This document shows positions 55,638 through 64,000 of a DNA stretch of 64,000 bases, piece by piece. Position numbers and translations under genes: made by a program. Each line of letters starts with the position of its first letter. The stretch's first letter is position 1. Origin of the DNA: Fimbriosthenelais zetlandica (taxonomy: Eukaryota); assembly GCA_977030845.1 (NCBI GenBank), contig OZ365111.1, positions 8,866,001 through 8,930,000 of the forward strand. The letters run 5' to 3'. The notes beneath the pieces were generated by a model. The model saw only the letters and a list, made by a program, of their open reading frames with translations. It did not search any database and was not told the DNA's origin.

Positions 55638-56281
55638 ATTAGACTAACAAACAACCATTTCCATCTCTTAAAATGGACAACTGCCATATGCACAACAAGG
55701 ATACTGAATTATCTGACAGAGCAACAGTGAAGTGAAAGAGAAGGCTGATTGCCATATGATTGATGTGAGAGGGCCCCTGTAAAGCACTGATTGGCTTTTG
55801 AATGTCATACTCGAGCTAGGGGACTTCATCATGGGCAAACAGAGCATTCGCTTCCATCTCTTACTTAAAATACTTGAGTGACTGAGTATATTGCCCTATT
55901 TTCTAAAACAAATGGACTGTGCTCTTCCTGGCTGGCTTGGCCATATGAGGAATGAAAATCGTTAAGTTATGTGCAACAGATGATAAAATTCAGGTGAGAT
56001 TATTAGAAAACATAATTATCAAATTCAGATAATGTCTATCAATAATGCCCCAGAATATGATATATATTGTATAGGTTCGTGATTGAAGCAGGTACAACAT
56101 ATATGTAGAAAAATTGGTTTGTTCAGTGTAGCATGGATTTATGTTAGGGTGTATATATACATTACCTAGCCACCCACATTGTGGAGATGAAACTCCATTA
56201 TGAAGCCTGTGAGACTGTAGTATAATCACACCCATCCCATCCATTGTTGGTAGGACCCAACAGTACACAAGAATCTTGGTG

Positions 56282-56404
56282 GACTGGGGCCCATCTGGGG
56301 AAGTAATCGATGCCATACTTAACATGGCCATTACTCGATGAGATTGCCAAGTTGACATCCATATAGACACAAAATGCTCTACACACATGGGGCAGACTAT
56401 GTGG
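56282..56404 (-). pseudogene. Decayed Ty3/Gypsy integrase catalytic-core (rve) fragment, Tat/Ogre-like
   Basis: ORF 56198-56422 contains FCVYMDVNLAISSSNGHVKYGIDYFPRWA. This aligns by eye to the remembered Tat/Ogre integrase consensus PFAVWGMDVIGPIEPKASNGHRFILVAIDYFTKWVEA, with about 15 identities including MDV, SNGH, IDYF and W. Similarity is lost downstream; no LTRs or RT were seen. Confidence 0.45.
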
Positions 56405-58012
56405 GAAAAAGCAGGAAAACAAGGAAAGGGGAAAGTTTTTGAACAGTTGTAATTACAATGTTGTACACAGGATCAATTTTCACTTCGGGTATACAATTTC
56501 CATTGAATCATTATTCCCTTTCTTATAGCAAGGATATTGTGATATTTCATTAGTAAAATAAATCCTCCATGGTCAAAGTTCGATGTTTGTCATTCAATAA
56601 TCTGAGGATCATATACTAAGGGCCGAACAAGTCCGCTTAATAAGAGGCGATGATCTGTAAAGGGGCCGTTCTGTACATAACACATTTTCCACCCTCACCC
56701 ATGTAAGGCTATAGTAAACCCTATTGAGAATCCGACATTGGGTTACGTACTATATGAACGGCCCCATTTAAGAAGTTCCATGTATTCAATGGGGATTATG
56801 GAAATAAAACATGCAAAGCATGCAATATTGTGACACTTCATGTTCCTCCCTGATTGACACAGAAATGCGTTACAAAGACATCTCATATGAAAATAGGCCA
56901 ATAACCTGAAAATGAGAATCCCTATATCTGCATGATATAACATACAAGAGCCAAAAATAGGGTCATGCAGCCTTGTTTGATTTGAAAATTCAGCTTAACC
57001 GACGACAAACCAAGTTTTGACAACATGGTGAAATAAAGTGGCAGAGATGTCCAGACATCTTGCTCATCAATTTATGAGGATTACTCCCCTAAATAGGAAT
57101 GACTTTTCAATAACAATTTGGCTGTCAATCCTGAAATATGCAATTTGCGGATGGACAAGTTATAGGATGTGAACTTAACATAATGTAAGTAATTAAGTAA
57201 GTAATTCTGAACCATGTATAGTATAATGCACAAATACTTCTCTTGTCATTCGAGACAATAGAAATACCATCAATCTGAGCATGATTAAGAGCTGGCCAGC
57301 TTCTTTCACTATTTCCTTATTGAAGATACATGGAAAGCTTAAGAGTCTTAAGGTGGAACACAAATATCCTGGTGGAAGGCGATAAGAATGGGTGATGTTC
57401 CACCACAACACCTCTGGGTCAAGGAAAGTAAGGTAAGACGATTAGTGAATTCAAGGTAATGCTGATCTTGTGAACGGAATAAAGAGCTCAGCTTGACACA
57501 AGGAGCCAGCCAATGACAATGACTGGATTATGGGCAGGACAATCCTTAGGTGAGAAGGACACCTGCTTGGCAACATTTTCTGTAGGCCTATACTTATTTC
57601 TTGCTCAATAACACCGCAAATGATGACAACGATGCTTGCTGAATTGTAGTGTTTCTAGTTGATTGTTTATTTCGTTATTTTTACGAAGTAAAACTGTTTG
57701 GGTGTTCAAAATACTAGATCACTTTCACAGTGGTTTTGCCGTGTCACACTCATTTCCAAACACCATCTGCAACAATTTTGCCTTCAATATTGAAGCTGTT
57801 ACTATTTCGCGCTTGAAATGTTCAGAGATACTGCCGAAAATTAGCAATCATTATCAATAATTGAGATGTTTACTTTCAACAGATAATCTCTCTGAATATA
57901 AGGGAATTACACACAAAAAACATAGAAAGATGCGTCATACAGTTGCCCACTTACGAGGAGAAACAAATGTTACACATCGCTGTCTGAATTAATAATTTGT
58001 GAAATGGGATAA

Positions 58013-58558
58013 TTATCGACTAATTGATGTTGATAACATTACAAGATTTCCGTAAATCAACAGAGGGCCTGTAACTGGATTGTTGGCTTTGGTCTGATTT
58101 GGATTTGAAAAAATCAGCGTTCTCAGTGAGTTAAAAGCAAACACATCATCCAGATCATCACGCTTAAAATATCTCGCTCCATAATGCAGAGCAAGCAACA
58201 AGTGAAAGTTAATAATTATGAATATCAATAATGATTGTTTCTTCATAGAACTGATAATTGATAATTTTGCTGAATATGAGGTGTTATAATAACCAAGGGA
58301 ATAATAACGCAAAACATCCGTGTCAGGAATATGGGGACTGGAATATCCTGAGGGACCCTGCAGAAGGTTTGCACAACAAATATTATTAACATAGTAGGGC
58401 GATTCTACATAACAGAAATATTCGCTTCGCTCAGGGCATGTATAGAACAAAATGATTAGCAATTTTCCACAGGGCAGATTCTCAAAATTATATCTTATAT
58501 TCCAGGACGTTATCAGATTGCCCAGTAAAAAATGATCAGCATATACGTGAGTGTGCAT
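58013..58558 (-). CDS. Longest ORF (181 aa), hypothetical, may be spurious
   Basis: ATG-initiated, 185 codons stop-to-stop, with one hydrophobic segment (SLLIFIIINFHLLLALHY). No recognisable domain; the Y/I/N/L-rich composition is typical of AT-rich non-coding frames. Confidence 0.15.
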   Translation of the reverse strand: MHTHVYADHFLLGNLITSWNIRYNFENLPCGKLLIILFYTCPERSEYFCYVESPYYVNNICCANLLQGPSGYSSPHIPDTDVLRYYSLGYYNTSYSAKLSIISSMKKQSLLIFIIINFHLLLALHYGARYFKRDDLDDVFAFNSLRTLIFSNPNQTKANNPVTGPLLIYGNLVMLSTSISR

Positions 58559-61500
58559 ATCATTTCTATTCTATCGTTTCATTCTAGAAAAGCACACTGA
58601 TAATGTTACAGCTTATATACTTTTAATCTGTTTGAAGGTTTTTTTATCAAACAGCAAAGGAGGAGATCAAATGGAGATTAAAACTGGTGAATATATAATG
58701 TATTAAATCTAAATCATTTCAACCAAGCTTATGATTAGCTCTAGATTAAAAAAAAGACAGAATGGGAGAGGTTATAGTTAAATTATTAAAAATTAAAAGA
58801 TTCAAAATATTATGCTTTCGCTGTAATACCAACTTCATTTTCTTTGCATCGGATATTGAATAGCTTCTTTAGGTCTTGCAATAAAGTTACTTCAAAGGTA
58901 TTGGTTAGTTCAGAATGCGGTATAACCTTCTCTTTTGTCAAGTTTAAAATACCGAAATGTGGAGACAACAGAACTAACTTTTGTAAAACAATGTTATCAT
59001 ATCTGCTTCATGGGACCAATACTGTTAGAAATAGAAGATAGAACTCTCAGTAGATTATGGAAAGTCTGCAATGAGAGAATTATTTGAGAAATGACTAATG
59101 CAGTATCTCATCTAATGTTTCATCTCACTACGTCATAATGTGTTATTATTCCCAGAGAAATCATAAGACAAGCCTTCATTGTCTCTGCGAACAGACACAC
59201 ATTGCATGAGCCTCAGGGAAAACAATCAATATATCAGGAGAGTGCCAAATAGGACTTATGTGGGAAGAAATTGAGATCATGTTTCTCCATACATCTAAAT
59301 GAGCATTGCGTTTCTACATCTATGGGCACTTTTCTTTGCTTTGCAACCCGAGATGTTTGTCACTCCAATGGAAAAAGACGAACCTCAATATCATAAATTG
59401 GACTTGCCGGAAGAAGAGATGGTAGACAATTATGGTGCCTTGGGGACACACATAATATCGAAGTCTCCAAGAACAGCTTATCGCTTTGTGAAGCTGTGAA
59501 GTGTTTTGGTGTAAAGGTGTTATAAAGACATTGGAAATTTGTACATAAACAAATGAAACTAAACGCCGTTTTAACTCCATGCCAGGATGAACATCAGACA
59601 AAATATACAATAGCACTAAGTCCTCCAGTATTCACTGGAGGTTGAAGTAAAGCAGTTTACTACAATTTATCTACACTTCAGGTAGAAACCTTTCATGTCA
59701 GCGCAATAGTTTCAAAACCTTATGAAAACTTGCTCTATAAAACTATAGATGTTCTGCTCTAGAGTGCACATATCGGGGTGATTGAGGTTGTGCCGATCGC
59801 TCTACCTAATCTTCTCTGACACAAAGAAAGACAAATTTAGCAAAGATTTTCTACGGATAGCAGTGAATTCAGCTAGGAAAGATCATAATACTACCTACGC
59901 ATTTAGCTGCTAGTGCAAATCAATACTTGAGTACTCTCGTCTAAGATGAGTCAAAAATGGTGTATTGCTGTAGCACCAACTACACAAAAATCAGAAGATT
60001 CCTACATGCATGAGATTACACTTATCGGCTGTTCTGTGTCAAAAAGACTGAAATTATTTGCTGAGCAGTATAGATAAATTATATCCATTATGTAGCTTAT
60101 GGAATTTATATGGCTGGAAGAATGTGCAATATGATGTCCATAGTATGCTTTTAAACTGGTTAAAATATCAGATTTAATGTTGGATCTAATACCGAGTGAA
60201 TATTAAATTGATAAGTGACGGTATATGCATTATTCACAAATGGGAATTGAAGCTTGATTAGAGTCAGGCTTGAAGGAAAATCATTCTAATTAACTCCCAA
60301 GTGTTGCACAGCGTGCATCCCTTCATCGACCATCATGAATATTCTATTAAAGGGGATTGAACAATATTTGATCACTCTTTGCACAACGAATTGGCTTGGA
60401 AGAAAAAGGAAGAGATCTAGCTGCCTATACAAACAACAGTAAGCGAACTGGAGAACGATACAAGAAAAAGATGCGAGAAAAAGATCAACGATTCACTTCA
60501 CTATGCTTGGATAAATATCAGTGTGTAAAGACTATATTTTAGTCTTCATACTGTTTTTCATACTGGTAAAACAATCAGTGCCTTTCCGACCTCTACAGGC
60601 ACTTTGCAGTTATACTGCACTTGCTCTGGAATTGTCCTGAAGGCTGAACGCAGTGACACCACAGCGCCGGAAGGGAAGAGAAGAAAAACACTGATAATCT
60701 TAAGGGAATTTTGAAGCAAGACAAAAATACATATAACTTTGAGGTGCCTCACAAGACAGAACAACAAAATACTTCAAAGACCATGCATGAATCAGTCCAT
60801 CATAATCATTTGCCTGATTTACTACATTAGCCATAGATAGAATGCTGTATGGCAAAGGAAGATTGATGGGGAAGAAACTGATAACGTTCACAGCTATGAA
60901 TAGTGCATAAACATTTCCCAATATGCGAGTATTGTCACGGGGCATAACAATGATATATATGCAAGTTCGGATTGCATCGATCTCGAATCATTATCCAAAA
61001 TGTTTTGTCGCTAGGTTTGGTGTCTGGTAAAAATGGGATTTCATGACGGGGGGACGTTACAACGAAACAAGAGTTGGTGGCCACTTAATGAGGATGGATA
61101 GAGAGATACAATAATGCGAATGTATTATAGATACATGGAGGCCTAATCACAAAATGCTCTCACGGCAAACCTGCAAATTGGTCTAAATCAGCACAATGTT
61201 CTTACAGCAATCATGTTTCTCACATATGATGGCACCAAACATGTATAAGAGGTAAGGGCAGGCACATTTCTCAGCATGTTCCAAATTAGCTTCCGACCTA
61301 GATAACAACTTAGAAAGAACCCAAGTTAAATTAACAGGTGATGTGACTAAAAGATTTCTTATGTGGGAGAAGATTGATATCCTGTGGCTCACAAGCCTAA
61401 GCTCGAAAGACAGAGATGCGTTTGACATTCAGAATTCGGAAGAAACCAGTCTCTCAGCCCTAGGAGGTCCCATTTAGGTTTCCTATATCCTATAAGGGCT

Positions 61501-64000
61501 AGCCCTCCCACGGTCTCAGATGCTGAGCCTGCTATTGTATATAGCTATAATATTTTGCCTGTCTGGACCATTTACTAACTCAAGTAAATGATTCTTATAC
61601 TGGCTCTCCTCATAATGTTAAATAACTGATATCTCGTCTGGATAGAACAGAACAGGCATATTCCTTTTCGAGATATCTATGAGAGATCATAGTAAGAGAT
61701 TAAGTATATGGAAAGAAGGAATCACCGAAAGACAAACTGCTTTGGCCAATTCAAAGTTGCGGTGAGTGATTCGACATTGTAGCTATGGTTGCGTTGCACA
61801 ACAATGCATTAGCCTAGCCTATTCTCTCTGATTTTGTGATTCCAAAAGATCAAGGCTTTTATTCCAGCAGCCATATATTCACCTCACTTTTCACCTCACT
61901 CCAGTAAAAGAATGGAGTGAGCAAAGCTATCCCTCAAGCTGACCACGTGATGTATCAGGTTAGAAGCAATAATTGTCTCGAAAATAGCATCACCTTTGTC
62001 TTCAATTGTTCTTGGCTCTCATTCTGTGACACTTGATTCCCCAGGTCCGCCTGTTCTTGGGACTACTTACTCATGCCGGCGTACAGTTAACAGATCGTTC
62101 TTCCCATTTCATCTGGCATTCTAAGATTCCCATTCCTTTTTCAACACTTAAAGGAACAAGTTATACCAGGTATTTCTTTACCTTAGTACGTATTGCGCCT
62201 GGGACAATTTCGCACTGTTACTTTATTGAGAGGCATTTCGCATGTGGGACTTCAATACACTAGGGGACATACATATTTGATATTTTCATAATCCTGGTAA
62301 AATAACACAGCTCATAAATATTTATGTACACTTTCAGTCAAATCTCTTTACATGAGAAAATCTGTTTTCAGCGCATTGGCTGCACACCAATCTGTTACCG
62401 TGTAAAGCCAAAACTTTTTTGGTCGTGCAATGTGTCGCAGTGGGTGTGAAAACACCGATTCTTTGTGCCTATTGAAGTTCAAATCAATTGGCCTATAGAT
62501 TACTATTAACAGGTAGTGCATTGCTAGACTCTCAGAAAGGAATCAATGAGAAACTAGGTTATTTGTCCTCCCAACAACAGAATGACGAACGAGATGACGC
62601 GTTTAAATTTGTCCAGACACGCGAATCTTGAGAACTGAGAGTGAGCGAGAGAGATAAACCGAGATGACCTGGTCCTAACAATCAGTTCACTTGGGAGGAA
62701 CTTTTTGGTGTATTCAGAAATCCAAGAAGAATAATATCAAAACACTTCCAAGAAAATTTGATTAGGTGCCAATCGGGTGCTTTTTTGGAACAAATATTGT
62801 AAATTATACATTTTTCAAAGAGTATATTTAGCAGCACAGAAACATGTAGGTAAGTTACAAGTTGAAGAAGGTATTCATATAATATCTTCTAAACCTTGAC
62901 AGAAGGAAGTGTGGCAAATGTACAGTATACTGGGGGAAATGCATTGGATATCGGAACGCGGTTTAGATCATATTAGATCACAAAGCTAATGAGTACAGCT
63001 TATATTGATAGATATGTGCCATGTAATAATCATTAACATCGTATTGCGTTAGGAACCAGACATCAGAAAGGATTGGAGATGAGTATAGTTGCTAGGTAAC
63101 GGAAGTTATGCAGCAGGTGAGAGAGTGTACGAAGGGAATCCCACTGTAGCGATCGGTCACGTACAGCCCGACACCTGCAAACATGACACCTCCATGTCAT
63201 CAGGACCTGCCCCTTGGTCCTTCCTAGTACTGGGCTCTGGTGGGTCGCTCTGTTTACCTATGGACCCAAGCTGCACCCAGGAGGCCCACATTAGGGCTGA
63301 TTAACAAACAAAAAGCCTCCCATCACAGACCAGAGATCACATGTTCTCTACCGGCCCAATTCATCATGCCCCACCGTGTGTGACGAGAATCCAACATATC
63401 GGATGATGATGCCAGACATAGGGTAGTTCAATATGTATACATGTATCTTAGGTCTTGATCTTCCATTACACATTTCTCTCACTAGCAATTTTAGCTCAAT
63501 AAGCCAGTTTTGTGTTTGGTGAATCTATCAATTAAGCTATAGACATGCTTCAGACTGCCTAATTAAGTCCCTTCAGCCTCGTGAATATGAAAATTATTCA
63601 GATATAAATTTGACCTTTGAATTCAAGTCGAGAGACTGCATCAAATACCATTAACTGTACATTTACGAACATATTTCTCGCCGAATAAGCCTTCGGGCAG
63701 GAATGTGTTAATTCTGATTGACTTAGGCCTAATGTAGTGCATAACGTACCATTTAGAATGGCTGTTATATAACACTATTTTGCAAGAGAAAGGTCTGCTA
63801 CAGATTATTAATTTAATCATGGGAATAGCCGTGAAAAATTAATTCATAAAACACCAGTATATGAAAAACAGAATTCTGTTCATGCATGTATATATCAAAT
63901 CATTCAAAGCCCTACAGTCTAGATGGATAGATCTACATTCCCACTCATAGCAGCGCGAGAAATATCCATGAAGAGTACAACTTTTGCTAATTGGAAAAAG

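Noticed and set aside
59299-59499. 66-aa ORF with signal-peptide-like N-terminus
   Set aside because: Length is well within chance expectation; no homology or splice support.
8-63304. Remaining 60-130 aa ORFs in the supplied track
   Set aside because: Overlapping on both strands, many with non-ATG starts, no recognisable domains, and a size distribution typical of non-coding DNA.

Overview
AT-rich (roughly 37-40% GC by eye), eukaryote-like, essentially non-coding DNA. I found no recognisable intact gene, rRNA, functional tRNA, CRISPR array or operon. The longest ORF is 181 aa (58013-58558, -) and I cannot assign it to a family. What the sequence supports is: a tRNA-derived SINE head or tRNA pseudogene (35779-35862, -); a decayed Ty3/Gypsy integrase core fragment (56282-56404, -); several weak non-LTR retrotransposon motif remnants; two MITE-like degenerate motif arrays; an 85-bp foldback hairpin; short tandem duplications; G/C tracts; and a few promoter-like or splice-site-like islets. 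Two palindromic 8-mers, TAGGCCTA and TACATGTA, each occur at least 7 times. The repeat relics resemble different lineages (plant-type integrase and L1 motifs, fish-type SINE head, frog-type MITE motifs, marine-invertebrate-like words) and none extends into a coherent element. The window may therefore be very old decayed DNA, or a composite or model-generated sequence. I could not identify a convincing novel biological system. All homology calls are motif recognition from memory, not database results.
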